Notes: a model not told the origin generated them from the sequence alone. 64,000 nucleotides of DNA from Octopus bimaculoides (GCF_001194135.2 NC_068997.1:55012415-55076414), one strand, 5' to 3'; shown: positions 1 through 13,940, numbered from the stretch's first letter. A program made the numbers and translations.

Positions 1-128
1 TATATATGCAAAGCAAGATAGACACAGATGCAAACATGTATACAAATGTATGTGTACATGTATGAAAGCTGTATGTATATATAATACCTGTTGATAGTGA
101 AATACAACTAGCCATAGCATGATATAAA

Positions 129-167
<39 letters not shown>

Positions 168-1864
168 GTGTGTGTGTGTGTGTGTGTGCGTTGTTTATTT
201 TGCTTATAAGACTATTGTCTATATGTACTCCGTGATGTATTCGAACTGATGTATCAGTTGCATTTTCTTCATATCTTGTAGCCATTTAAATTTTGGATAG
301 GAATTTGCTGTAAATTCTTTGGAATTCTACATTTCCACTAAACATGACTAAAGACACACTAGATTAAACAGACTAATAAGAAGATAGAACACTGCATTCC
401 TAATTTGGTTAGCCTTGATTGTCTTCATCCAGTTTCCAATGAATTCAGTTTGTGTGGAAGGTGTGTGATCTATACATGTGTGAATGGGGTTATTCAGACA
501 CATAAACACACTTACACACACACTTTTATGTACATATATGTATGTGTATACACACGCACTTTTATGTACATCCATGTATGTGTATACACACACGCACACA
601 CTTATGTGCATAGCTGCTTATATGTATGTGAGTATGTGTGCGTCTGTGTGTGTGCATATATATGGGTTTGTCTTTTGTTGATGTCTAATAAATGTTATAC
701 AGTGGTCAAAGATTTTGAATCTTCATGATTCTGTGCTTTAGAACCAAAAGCAATAAGATTGAGTTAAGCGTTAAAAGAAATAAATAAGTCAAAAATGTAT
801 ATAAAAAAAAAAGAGGTTTTGTCACAGTTTGTGATTTAGAAATTTATATTAAGAAATGTATTTAGCTGCATAAGAAGAAATTGAAAGAGTACAGTTGCCT
901 TTTTAATTCCTGTAAATATATTTCCTTTTGATAGATAATCTCATTGGTGACATCTTTGAAATTTAATATAAAACATTTCAAATGAAGAAAGAAATTAATA
1001 TCAGATGTGACTTTCTGTTAAAAGAGAAGGAATTGTCAATTACGGAGGATATTGGGCTAACAGATCAAGGAGTACATAGCTTCATGTCAGAGTATACATT
1101 ATAGCTCTCAACACTATGGTGGTATATAGTGAGACACAGGCACATGGGGCAGTTGCTGGGGGAGGGGAATAGGACATGAGTCTAAATGATCTCATTTGCT
1201 AATTTATGTTGTAGTTGTGTAAGGGCCTCGTGTGCCTATAATGTTGTTACAACAGCTCTAGAGGCATATGATATCTAATGCAGTTGATATGTAGATTACA
1301 TCTCAGTCGTTTAAATTATCAAATGAATGCATCTCTTCTGAGTTGCTTGATTTGCTAACCATAGCTGTTAAATTCATCTTATATGCTATTATATTACTGA
1401 TGCGTATTATTATATTATTATTATATTACTGATGCAACTTCACAATGGATGGTTTATTTCTCACACAATGACAGTTATTACCTGCCGGTTTCATTCTACA
1501 AAGAATATGTATTCCCTTGTTCTTTAATTCCAGTAACCATCATAGCCATCATAGTAGCCCCTAAATCTAATTCAGCAGAATCCATCCACGTAGATACTAG
1601 TGTACCTACTAAAGAAGAGAAGGGTTACAGTCTGTCCTGGGTGACATGTTTTTTGTTGGGGGTGGCATTATGTGTACTATGATGTGTTTTTTCAGTAAGA
1701 TGGTTGCGGCTAAAATTTAAGGACCATCCCACATAGTACAAGCTTTAGCCTCACCACTATAGGAAGGGTATTGAAAAGCTTATTGTTCTGAGCATTTATA
1801 CCTGTTGATTATCAACATGATGCAGTATTTGGATAAGGTGCATCTACTTGCAAATATAAAAAAA

Positions 1865-2060
1865 GCCAGTGGAAAAAAATAGAAATAGCAACCAGGTATC
1901 CCTCACATTCACTCTAATGTCTTAAAAAAAGAAAGGACACAATAAAAATGTAGTCTACTGCTTGGGAAGAACAAAAACTAAACATGATAGCCACGGATAG
2001 AATGCCTTTGGTTATAAATTTGTTTCAATCAGAGTTGACTTGGGACTAAATGACAAGAAT
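1865..2060 (+). mobile_element. Repeat family D (AGAAATAGCAGCCAAATC ... GGGGCTAAAC tail), SINE-like
   Basis: AGAAATAGCAACCAGG..GTCTTAAAAAAAGAAAGGACACA..GAATGCCTTTG..GAGTTGACTTGGGACTAAA. Related pieces at about 9760-10065, 15470-15700, 19440-19560 (-), 30055-30140, 36100-36150, 41822-41910 (-), 42095-42125 (-) and 60965-60990. Confidence 0.55.
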
Positions 2061-2074
2061 TGTCTTTAATTTAG

Positions 2075-2260
2075 GTCAGCAATTTTGATGGGAGTCAGTT
2101 AGTCACTTGCATCAAACCCCAAAAGTCAACTGGTACTTTACTTCATGATTTTGGATGGATAAAAAGCAAATATAACTTTGGTGAGATTTGAACTTACAAG
2201 GTAAAGAACCAGATCAAATATGACAAGGTATTTTGTCTGTTGCTCTACTGATCCTAACAA
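2075..2260 (-). mobile_element. Decayed SINE family A copy
   Basis: CAACTGGTACTTTACTTCATG...GGATGGATAAAAAGCAAATATAACTTTGGTGAGATTTGAACTTACA matches the family core. Confidence 0.55.
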
Positions 2261-3487
2261 TCCACTAACAACAACAGTACTAATAGCAACAGTACCGAGT
2301 ACTTAATTAGCTTCAATATAATGGAATCAGTGTGATATTTATAAATTTCCCAGAAGACATTCTCTCAGTGACAAAAGCTTCTCCATGAAGATGTCAAAAC
2401 CAAACCAGAGAAATCCTTATCATTACATCAAACAATGACAACAACAACAAAAATAAATAATAAACAGTACCACTGCTGGCACAAGTAAGAGCATCAGTAA
2501 TGAGATTAATTGCATTTAAGACAGATCATAGTGATATTCAGAGACAAGATGGTAACGAGAAAATAGCAATGATTCAGCAATAAAATAATTTGATTTGAAG
2601 AAATTTTGATGATTTCTCAAAATGAAGGAAACAGTGTTAGAGATTAATAATAATAATAATAATAATAATCATGTTGATTTCTTTAATGGTGTCTAATGTG
2701 ATTGCTGGAAGTATACCAACAGAACTCAACATCTAAAGGACACTTTTATTAGCCTAACAATCTAATTACACAACTACAAAAGGAATCGATTCCATCAAAG
2801 GAGCTTTAAGCAATGCAAATAATACAATGACAACCAGTGCTTTTCTCTTGTAACGATAACACGGCAAGATGGGGGAATTGTTAATCTTATATAATCTGAT
2901 AATTAATATTCAGGTGATTTGCCTTCACAGTGATTTATAAAAAAATATTTTATCTATCATCCACTGTCTGAAACATCTTTCCAACTTTTTGTTCTTTGCT
3001 GAGACAAACTTTAGAATAAACACCAATCGCACTTCATGTTCCATCCTTGTGATTTTTTTTTTTTTTTATACTTTCTCTAATCCTTCCTATGCCATATGAC
3101 TGTCACAAATAGATGCACACACACATATTTAACTGTATGCTATAATGCATGGTATATTACCAATTGAGTTTAGGGATCAGTAATTGACCCCATATAAAAC
3201 TCCTATATCCTACACATTATCAATTCAATCATCGGAGGACAGGCTAAAATGCAGATTCCAAGTGACAGCATAAGAATATTTTTGGCATTTTTATGTTTTA
3301 ATATACATGTCATGCAATGAATCAGCAGAAAATACAATACTTCAGTTGAGATGTTCCCTTATATACCGTTAGATATGTACAGTCATACAATAACAAATAA
3401 TAAAATAAATAGGAAGAGAGAATTGAGATAAGATGATGAGAAAAAGAAAGATGAGGAAAAGACATTGCATACATGTATGTATTTATT

Positions 3488-3817
3488 TACTGAGAATAGC
3501 ATGGGCATATAAAGTGTCTAATGAAAAAATGATGATTCAGGCTGCTGGAAATAGGAAACTGTTTTGTGAGATAAGGGCCAAGCAACTTAGATTTATTGGT
3601 TATGCAATGAGGAAAGAGGGCTCAGGGAGAATTTAGTGATGACTGGAAAGATTGAAGGGGAAAAGAAGCAGCGGAAGGAGAAGGGTGATATGGCTGTCAC
3701 ACTTGACGAACTGGTTGGAAGAAAGAAGCATTCAACATCAGGAAGAAGTGGAACTGTTACAGAGAACAAAGAACAGAGGATTGCGGTCCAACATTCTGGA
3801 CATTACATCTAAAGAAG
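3488..3817 (+). mobile_element. RTE-clade LINE, 5'-truncated 3' end (decayed ORF C-terminus)
   Basis: With one frameshift it reads LLRIAWAYKVSNEKMMIQAAGNRKLFCEIRAKQLRFIGYAMRKEG/ENLVMTGKIEG/KRSSGRRRVIWLSHLTNWLEE...EVELLQRTKNRGLRSNILDIT across small indels. This matches the RTE C-terminal pattern LRISW..K..N.E..IRKRQL.F.GH.MRK.GLE..V.TGKIEGKR.RGR. It ends in an AAGAAGAA tail. Confidence 0.85.
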
Positions 3818-5742
3818 AATATATATAAGGGAATAAACAAGTGAAGGTAGAGAAGCATAAAGTTGCAATAGGGGCTGTGTTATGCCAACAGAAACAACAA
3901 TTTTAAAGGATACACAAACAGCAAAAAATAACAACAACAATGATAGACAACTGTTGCTGTTTGTTATTTATATATTTTACAGATGAAAACTACAGAAACC
4001 TATGGTTGGGATCAACCCTGGTCTTTATAATAATCCATCGTTTTGTCTAACTCTACCACCATCTGATGTTACCCTCAAAGCTTTTTGTTGTTTTTATCCA
4101 CAAAACTCTCATGCTGTATCAGTTATTAATTCTTCTTTGTTTGTACTTGTGGACCACAATGTGTGGGACACTGAATATTTTATGATGATAATTACTAACA
4201 ATTACATTATTTTTAGGTAAACTAATGTGTATATTAATCTCCTTTGTGCACTGGTTGTAATTGTGTGTGTGTGTGTGCACAGCTGAGAAGATGATGTTAT
4301 CCAGCAAATGGGTACCTTTAGTGGAGATCACTATGTTATAAATATTCAGACCAGGTAATGCAATCTGAATAAAATTCTTTCATTCATTAGTGTCCGAGGT
4401 CCTGAAAAATATAATGAGTGCTGTCCCCTTTCTATTGACAAACCAATATATAACAAAAAGAAGAACAAAAAAAGAATTAAAAAAAGCCAGTTCCAGTCAC
4501 TCAACAATTTCAGGTTGGATGAGTGAAGTGGAACAATGGACTGCATTGAAAGCAATCAACCTCTGCATTTTGACCAGACTGTTTCCATAAGAATCAATTT
4601 AAAACTATTTACAACAGAAATAGGTATCATGTGAATGTTTAGTTATGGTTGTTTAAATAGCATGATAGTTGTACTGTTACATCAGTAATGTTCAGCAATA
4701 TTTGAAATAAAGAGCAACATTTGGTGAGATTAACAGATGAATGGAGGGAATGAGGTATGTATTATAGTGGATGGCTTAAAGGTTGAATGGTTTGGTGAAG
4801 GAACCGGTAAATAGGTGGATAGGTGGGTAGAAATACATATAATAGATAAAAGGCAGGTAGGAAGGCTGGTATGCATGTAGGGAGGCAGATTAGTTTAATA
4901 TATGTATTGGTTATACATTTGTAAATAAGTCAGGCGTTGTATAACAAATTCTAAATGGATGGATAGACAGATAGATAGATGGATGGACTGCTGACACACA
5001 CATGCACATGCAGTTTGGGCTATGTTAGATATCTGATAAAATAATCCCAAGCAAATGTATTAAATTGTTACAATATATCACCTCACCACCAAATAGTAAA
5101 GAGCTTTTAAGTAAATCTATGCAGTTAATGTAGATTTTGCAAAATATTAGTAAAATGTATGGAATTATGAAGACAAAATATTTAAAAGATGGAAATAGTT
5201 GCAAGAAGGTTAAAGATGGCTTTTAGATCATTCCTTGTACAAAGGAAATAAAAGAAGCAACAGAGGAAAATGGAATAGGCTATAAATTCTATAAAGAAAA
5301 GTAGATTCTTTAGCATAAAGGAATAAATAACTAGATAAATACAAATAATGGTACATTTTAGTTCCATATTGTCCTATAAGTAGCTTTATGCACTGACTTC
5401 ATGTAATTATTTCCTATACCAGATTCCACTTCAAAGATTTAGGTGTCACAGACCTCACTTAGTGTTTTAACAACATCATGTCTTTCTCAGACTCCACCTT
5501 CCTTACATCTGTAACTCTAATTGTAACACTGTTAATTAGTATGATTTGTTGTTAATTAATTATGTGGTTATTTTAATGTGAACTACAACTCATGTAAATG
5601 ATTTTGCATAACCATTTCATTTTGTATTGGTATAGCTTGGTATTTGAACCCACTGACTGGCACCTTGAGTCTTTTACTGTCTTGCTAATCAATTTGCTTG
5701 ATAAAAATTATATGGAAGCTCATTTGATATATATATATATAT

Positions 5743-6839
5743 CAGGGGTGTCCACTCTCAGGCATGCAATGTATGCGCTGCATGCTCAGTGATTTTTTAA
5801 TCCATATCATCGGAAAATTAGATAAAATATTTACTTTTGTTTCAAAGAAACTCCGTCCAGGTGTTTGCAAAATATTCTGCCTCCCCTTCCCCCTCTCTCA
5901 CTAACTCGTACGTCTGACCCGAACAAAGGCAATCCCATAATTCCTGAGTTAGCCAACTGAAATGTCGGAACAAACTGGCGGTAAGTTTGAATTTCTTTTT
6001 TATCCAAAGCATCTGTTTGCACTATTATATTTTTGGAGTGTTTTGAAAGCAAAAAATATTATCTATATTATATTTCTTATTTCAGAGGTAGCTAATTAAT
6101 CTTAAATTAATTTGACTAACGTTATTTTTCCGTTTTGTTGAAATTGACTCAGATGCAATTTACTCAGACGCTTACACGTATGGTTTTATATAAAAGTAAC
6201 CTTTTTCAAAACAATATTTTGAGAAATAGTTTTTCAAAAAGAGACTTCAATGGAAAACAATTAATTATAAACGGTGGGAGACCAACACCGAATTTACCTA
6301 ATTTGTGAAGCTACAAGAAATTCACGAGACAATTTCAGGTTAATTTGTATCAAAAGAAAAAATGGGTAACTGGAAGTGCTACACTTAATAAATTATTCTC
6401 TTGGCCTTGTTTACTTTTTTGCTTAGAAAAGAATGTTTAGAAGGATAAAGGTTTTTGAAAAACGAAATTTTGTGAAAATTTTTTTCGAATTCCTACCTTT
6501 AACAGAGATTCCGAATATGCAAAAATATTAACAGAATCCAATATCATCTTTATTCCATTTCACTTAGGATTTTTAGACTTTTTTAAGGGAGAGTGAGGAT
6601 GGGAAAGTACTGACGTTTCGAAGAGAGAGAAAAATACAAACAATACACTTATTTCAGGCTCATCTCTACAGAGCCATTTTTTATTCCCTGCTTATTCTAA
6701 GTCATACGGGGGTGATTGCATATTCAGAATCTCCCATATGTAAATCGTAGGAATACGAAAATTCTTTTACTGAAAAATTGCCAGTGGGGGGGGGGGGATT
6801 CATTGCATGCCCAACCCCAGTAGTCACCGCACGCCACTG
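5743..6839. mobile_element. hAT-like non-autonomous DNA transposon inserted in (TA)n
   Basis: Imperfect TIRs CAGGGGTGTCC and rc CAGTGGCGTGC (8/11). Subterminal GGCATGCAATG at 5761-5771 and inverted at 6801-6811. ATATATAT lies on both sides, compatible with an 8-bp TSD but uninformative inside a microsatellite. CpG content is visibly higher than in the flanks. Confidence 0.7.
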
Positions 6840-7079
6840 ATATATATATATATATATATATATGCTGGCATAGATTAGACAAAACTTAGTGAGGTAATAG
6901 TAATCTATGGCCCAATACCCTTTCTGTTACTCCTCTTTTTCCAATTTTTTTTTATTGCAATGATTGTGTGTGTGTGTGTGTTCTAAATGTGTGTATATTG
7001 TGTATATTGGCATGCATTTCATCTTTGCTTATCACTGCAACTTCAGTGGTGACAGTGTGTGTCCCTTCAGCATCAGATC

Positions 7080-7343
7080 CTAGCATGAAGTTGCCCCTTC
7101 AGGGTTTGTAGTCTTGCAAACTGTATGGTGGTCCCGCGAGATCCGGTGGCATGATAAATGCACCCAGTTTGCACTGTAAAGTAATTGGCATTAGGAAGGG
7201 CACCCAGTTGTGGAAAAACTGCACCAAAGCCGACACTGGAATGTAATGTAGTCCTTGGGCCCAGCAGATCCTGTCAAACAGTTCAATCCATGTCAGCATG
7301 AAAGATGGACATTAAATGATGATGATGGTGATGATGATGATGA
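7080..7343 (+). mobile_element. Repeat family C: (GAT)n-tailed LINE 3' end or LINE-dependent SINE
   Basis: GGCATTAGGAAGGGCACCCAG...CAATCCATGTCAGCATGAAAGATGGACATTAAATGATGATGATG. The same terminus recurs at 24848-24946, 27160-27310, 29735-29872, 41255-41432, 51436-51643, 60645-60692 and 62482-62697 (+), and at 23886-23938, 45240-45390, 47677-47800 and 47836-48025 (-). Confidence 0.75.
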
Positions 7344-7663
7344 CAATGAATAAAAGGTTAACTTTGGTGGTTTTCATTTTTTTTCTCTTTAATCCAGTCA
7401 AATAACAACAGCAAGAAATAAATGTCATGTTCTGAATTCACATGTCTGACCCTTAGAGAAATGGTCAAAAGGAAAGGTTGGGTGCAACAGCAAGATAGTG
7501 GTACTTCAATGTTTTACATCCCTCCAATCATAGCAACTAGAACAACATGTTATAGCTTGAAACCATTAAGAAGTCTATACGGAACTAATGCATCTTGTGT
7601 ATGCATAAAATGTAGGGTATATGCATTTGCAATTACATACATATCTTGAAAAGAATGCACCAG

Positions 7664-7711
<48 letters not shown>

Positions 7712-8229
7712 TATATAGACACACACACACACATAACACATGCTTTCTAGTAGCAAAGTAAATCAATATACGCATAAATTTGATGAAATTTCGTTATTTA
7801 AAGTGTTTGCGCATAATTTTGAAGTCTACTCTATGTAAATACGCACACAATCACTTGTATGGAATATATGTAGATATCTATCTGTGTGCACATAGATCTA
7901 TACTCAGCAATGCGTACTGGATACACACATGATCAATTTAATTGTGGATAAGCCACAGCGAGCAAATGTGCCTAATGCTGTAATGTGGTGCAAAGGAATA
8001 GTTTTAAGATGGAAGAGGAGGAAGAAAAAGACTAGAAATAAAATGGATTGGAATCGAGAAGCTGTTGCTGACGGAGGAGTGTGAATGAGGAAGAGGAAGA
8101 GTTGCATCCGAAAGCACAGAAGTTAAAGATTAAAAATCGATTTCCTCATCACTTCTTTCTTTGCATCTCTCATTATCTCTAGTCCTCCCTCTTTCTCTCC
8201 CTCTCTCAGAGTCTATGTGTGTATATATA

Positions 8230-8286
<57 letters not shown>

Positions 8287-8760
8287 ATATGTATTTATGT
8301 ATGTATGTGTATACATGCAAAATCATAAATGTATATGTACGCATACTCATACATTTATTAGTATATATATATTGAAAATTATATAATATACAGACATTCA
8401 CACACACCTATGTACGTATATATGTGTGTATATATATATATATATACACACACATACATAACTATGCATACATATACATAATGCATGCCTATATAGTATA
8501 TTTATACATATATACATACATAATAAATTTATACATGCACACATATATATATGTTCAGTATCTAACTGTCTAACTCGATTCATCTTTCTCTCCCTTCTCC
8601 TCTTCTTCTTTTATTTCGAATTTTCCACGACATATATTTTGTTTGTTTTTGATTTCTATCGATATCATTTTTGTGCAGCTGGTCTTTCATTTCACTCTCT
8701 CAGTTCCATTGCTTTCTCTGTCTGTCTGTCTCTCTCTCCCTCTGTTTCTCTCTCTCTCTC

Positions 8761-8803
<43 letters not shown>

Positions 8804-8973
8804 CTATCTATCAGACAAGTTGTCTGTCCTCTTTTCTTCATTATTATTTCATATTTCCCTCCAAACCTTCTGATGTTTCAATTCAATGCAATTGACAGTA
8901 TATGTTTTCTTAACATTGTATAACCTACATATAATATGATTATACATACACACACACACACATACACATGATT

Positions 8974-9126
8974 TTCTTTTCAGTTTCTCTCTACCAAATC
9001 CGTTCACAAGGTCTTGGTTGGCCTGAGGTTATAGTAGAAAACACTTTCCCAAGGTGCCAGGCAGTGAGGCAAAACCCAGAACCATGTGGTTGGGAAGGAA
9101 ATGCCTTACCACACAGCCTTGCCTGC
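8974..9126 (-). mobile_element. tRNA-derived SINE family B (CORE-like CCTTGGG(C)AAG motif)
   Basis: rc GCAGGCAAGGCTGTGTGGTAAGG...ACCACATGGTTCTGGGTT...GGCACCTTGGGAAAGTGTTTTCTACTATAACCTC...GGATTTGGTAGAGAGAAACTGAAAAGAA. May correspond to a published octopus OR-type SINE; not verified. Confidence 0.8.
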
Positions 9127-9134
9127 ATTTGTAC

Positions 9135-9149
9135 ACACACGCACACACA

Positions 9150-9234
<85 letters not shown>
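9135..9234. repeat. Long (CA)n microsatellite, representative of dozens of (TA)n, (CA/TG)n, (GA)n, (ATT)n and (TAG)n tracts
   Basis: Directly visible. Other examples: 135-188, 8230-8270, 20185-20215, 20448-20497, 44548-44598, 51375-51430, 52425-52475. Confidence 0.95.
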
Positions 9235-9236
<2 letters not shown>

Positions 9237-10214
9237 ATATACATTCATACTCATATGCAGACATACATATATGAATTCATATACACATATATGTATTCGA
9301 CTTTATACATACCAGTAATATCAGGAATGCCAGAGTGCAGCTATAAACAATGTAAGCCATGTAATCTCTTTATGTTTAATAATAAACAACAAGGAAAATA
9401 AAAGCAAATCATTTCTTCTCTGGGATTTAAAGGTAGAAAAAGATCATGAAAGACCGTAATCTTTTTAAGAAGTAGAATTCTAAAGAGACTGGAGATTGTT
9501 GGAATGGCAAAAGATTTACCAGAAAGTGTCTGAATGATATTCTTCGACATTTAAGTAGATATGCATGTCACTTGCAGAAGATTATCTTTGTGACCAGGCA
9601 TTAGGATCAGCGTTGAGGATATCTTTGTCAATATTGCATAACTGATATTTATGTGATTAGATTTACCAAGTGATTTTATAAAAGATATCCCAATTATTAG
9701 CGATTTGTACCTAGCATGGAAATCAGTTGGGGTGGATGTTAGTTTGTCAATGGAGGAGCTTCTAGCTGGTCACTCAACCTGCGGGATGTTATAGTTTAAT
9801 CTCTATCAAAGCACATTTTGTTATCTTAAATAAAAGAAAGGTTCATTGAATATTCTAGTCCTAGATGCACAATATCTGGACAAAATATTTGATTATTCTG
9901 TCCAGAACACTGAGAAGTCTGTTGGACTGGAGTTGATCTGAAGAATATATGACAGTAATAACTAGAAGACATCAGATAATGTTATCTGAGATACATGTTT
10001 AAATAAAAGACATAGTAGTCAGAGCTGGAACAATGTCTAACTGGTCACAGCTGATCTAAAATAAAAGCCATGATTGAAGATTCATAAACGCACCTCAGAG
10101 GAGTAAAAAAATCTTATAACCAACTCAGATTTTTATAATCTACCCAAACTTTTTTATAATCTACCCTCATTCTTAATGCTGTTTAAATGTCTTCATTTAG
10201 TTATCACAATGAAT

Positions 10215-10330
10215 TTTGACCCTTGTAATACCAACCTATGTCAGACTATTCTAGGTTCTTTGATACTTATTACATATTTAAAAGTGATCTAAATTAAAAC
10301 CTTCCGTCAAAATTTCAAAGATCAGTTTAA
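10215..10330. mobile_element. Fragment of a dispersed DNA-transposon-like repeat (piggyBac-like MITE inferred)
   Basis: Shares AAATTAAAACCTTCC(G/C)TCAAAATT(T/C)CA with about 33965-33992. The family assignment is from recollection of octopus TTAA-flanked MITEs and is unverified. Confidence 0.4.
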
Positions 10331-11073
10331 TAATGGTAAAGTTATTTTATTAAATTCATTATCATCCTTGTTTTAACATTCTGTTTTCTATGCTTGCAAG
10401 GGTCAGACAGAATTTGGTGAGAAAGATTTTCTATGGCCAGATGCCCTTTCTGTTGCATCTGTTTCCAAATTAATATTTCCTCCAAATTAATATTTCCTGC
10501 ACAAGTAAGACAAAAATTAAATTTCAAGCCAGACACAACTCCAATGATATAAACATTATGACTGTCACATACTGAATGTATGTATTCTGTTAAAACACTT
10601 TTAGCTGCAGTATTTTCTCCAGGGAAAGTACAATTTTAATACGTATTTGTTACAGTTTATTGAACTTATTAAAAGCTAATTACTTTGAATAATTTAGTTA
10701 ACAAATTACCACCGTTCTGAGATGTTGCTAGTTATTTTAACTTCCCCATAAAACAGGACCCATTTTAAAGTAATTTTTTCTTCCCCAATTGTCTAATTTA
10801 GCATTTTCCACCTGTGTGTCACTGCATTTAAATGTGTCGCCACTAATCTAGCTGTGTCAGAAAATTAAGTCAAATTTAATGACTTTTTACATGTTTAGCT
10901 GTGAAGTATATTTGAGAGTGACAATTCTGCACAATGCTGGTGACGTGTGGGTAAGACATTTAATTGTTAACAATACATAACTAATGTGTCACAAAAAAAT
11001 ATTCTTTTAAGAATCTCTAGTCTAATCAGAATATTCTTTTTTTAATATTTATTTTTCCAGAGTAAATGGTTTG

Positions 11074-11190
11074 AGGCACATGCATGGCTGTGTGGTTAAA
11101 GAGTTTGCTCACAACTAAAAGGTTTCCGGATCAGTCCCACTCCTCAGCACATTGGGCAAGTGTCCTCTATTGTAGCCCAGGCTGACCAAT
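11074..11190 (+). mobile_element. SINE family B head
   Basis: GCATGGCTGTGTGGTTAAAGAG..ATCAGTCCCAC..CACATTGGGCAAGTGTCCTCTATTGTAGCCCAGGCTGACCAA. Confidence 0.75.
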
Positions 11191-13279
11191 AATAGATGAT
11201 GATGATGATCTATCTATCTATCGCTTTTCTCTTTGGTCACATTAAAGTAGCAATAATGCCATGTCTGTTAAACAGACTGAGAGCAGAAAAGCTATTCTTT
11301 TACATTGTCTTTGTAATTCCTGCAATTCCCAAATAATTAATTCCAAGTTGTTGAGAGGTACCAGATAATTTCTAAGCTGTGAGAATATTTCAGAAATAAA
11401 TGGAATATTTCAGCGAGAGTAAAATACCTGAGAAGTCTTCTAGAATATAGAATGTACAGAGCCAAACAGATGTGCTAGTGTATCTCTATTTGATAGTCAT
11501 CTAATAGAATCGGTAAAAAGAGAATCCTCTTGAAAAAAAGGAAGAATTGTTGAGTGATCCACATAGCATATCAGGTAAAGAATATTGTAATAAAAGATAT
11601 GGAAATGTGTTTGTGAAGAATCCTTCAATAATGGTGTAATAACCAACATCTGATGGTTGATATAATAGCAAGCTGTTGATATGCTGACCAGATAGACATC
11701 CATGATATCATAAATATTGGGTTTGGCACATGGAGATGTCATGCTGACAAGGTTCCAAAACAGTTTTAATTTTCAACACTACACCACTTTAGAATATTCA
11801 AGTCTTAAACCCAGCAAGTATTCTTCCAATACCTAACTCAACAAATACACACACATACGTACACGTATGCACACACAACACACACAAACACACTCATACA
11901 CAGAAAAATGTATAAAAGGAAATAATTTGGTAAGTGAAAAATTTTTGAAGAATATCTCTGCAAATCTCCAGTATTTATAGATCTTTGGTCTATTTCTCTG
12001 TCTCTTCACAGACAAAATAAAGAAAGTGGAAAGAAGAAAAAAAAATATAAAGAGAAGGAGGGGAAATGAACTGAGCAAACATCAAGGATTGTGGGAATAC
12101 AAACAAATATAACCGTATGTTTACATACACACTGTGTATACACTCTGTTTCACAGTTGAATATATCTATATGCGTGTATGCATGTGTAGATATATGTACA
12201 TACGACTCTCTATTACACAGTCTATTAACCTATTTTATATTGAATTTTCATTGCTATGAAAAACTGTTTACATGCGTACATACACACATACAGATACAAT
12301 ATATATATATATATATATATATAAAGTACATATTGTGTATTAAAGATATATTTTATATGCATCTTTTATATGTTTATATATATATCTATACAAATAAACA
12401 TACACACACACAGTTGAGTATATATGTACATACATACAAATTTTGTGTGTGTGTGTAGACACTTACACCAAAGTAAAATTATATACACTAAGAGACTAAT
12501 AAAGAAAGAGGAAGTTGAGAGAGAGAGAAAGAGAGACAGGGAGAGAGAAAAAAAGACAGGGAAAGAGAGAGAAAGAAAGAGAGACAAGGAGAGAAAGAAA
12601 GGAAGAAAGTGAGAGAGGGAAAACAAGATAGATAGTATGATAGTGAGATTTATGTTCATGATTGATTTTGCCCTTGTAGAAAATTATTATTCTAGGAAAA
12701 TAATGAAGCTGAAGAGTTGAATATCGATAGAATGGGATTGTTGAAACTGATAGAGTATAGATTTTATTGTTGTGGTGTAAACCACATACTTCTGACACAA
12801 CATTTTCCTCAATAGGCAATAATTTACTGCTGGAGTGAAGTTTCCTCTTCGCCATAATATTCTACCCTCTCTCCTTGGTTTCTCTGTAACTTTCATTTCA
12901 TTTACAAATACTTTTCTTTTACATATAATTTGGCATCATCATCATGAACAGCATCAGCAGAATTATTCTTATTCTCCGAATTATTACTCTGTAAACCATC
13001 ATCAACATCATTATGGCAATGTTCATCATCATCCTTGACTTCAATAACTCGTGTACATGTGTTTATATCTATTGATAAGCATACACAAATACACACATAT
13101 ATACACACATATATATATATATATATATACCTATGTATACATGAGTGTGTGTGTGCTTATATATATATATAACAAAACAGGGGGTGTATTTCCACGCTGG
13201 AAAAAATATAGGCAGCCTATATATATATCTGTATATAGACATGTATGTATATATACATATGTATGTATATATACATATG

Positions 13280-13346
<67 letters not shown>

Positions 13347-13815
13347 NNNNNNNNNNNNNNNNNNNNNNNNNNNNNNNNNNNNNNNNNNNNNNNNNNNNNN
13401 NNNNNNNNNNNNNNNNNNNNNNNNNNNNNNNNNNNNNNNNNNNNNNNNNNNNNNNNNNNNNNNNNNNNNNNNNNNNNNNNNNNNNNNNNNNNNNNNNNNN
13501 NNNNNNNNNNNNNNNNNNNNNNNNNNNNNNNNNNNNNNNNNNNNNNNNNNNNNNNNNNNNNNNNNNNNNNNNNNNNNNNNNNNNNNNNNNNNNNNNNNNN
13601 NNNNNNNNNNNNNNNNNNNNNNNNNNNNNNNNNNNNNNNNNNNNNNNNNNNNNNNNNNNNNNNNNNNNNNNNNNNNNNNNNNNNNNNNNNNNNNNNNNNN
13701 NNNNNNNNNNNNNNNNNNNNNNNNNNNNNNNNNNNNNNNNNNNNNNNNNNNNNNNNNNNNNNNNNNNNNNNNNNNNNNNNNNNNNNNNNNNNNNNNNNNN
13801 NNNNNNNNNNNNNNN

Positions 13816-13816
<1 letters not shown>
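13347..13816. other. Assembly gap (N) flanked by (TA)n
   Basis: 470 N. Other gaps: 16983-17431 (449 N), 23825-23865 (41 N), 56774-57153 (380 N), 62429-62469 (41 N). Confidence 0.99.
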
Positions 13817-13862
<46 letters not shown>

Positions 13863-13940
13863 TACCTACACACACCTATATGTACACACATGTATATATA
13901 TATATATATCCACACACGCACACACATTTATATACTCTTC

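Noticed and set aside
8968-9401. ORFs with HTHT or CVCV runs
   Set aside because: SINE family B plus a (CA)n microsatellite.
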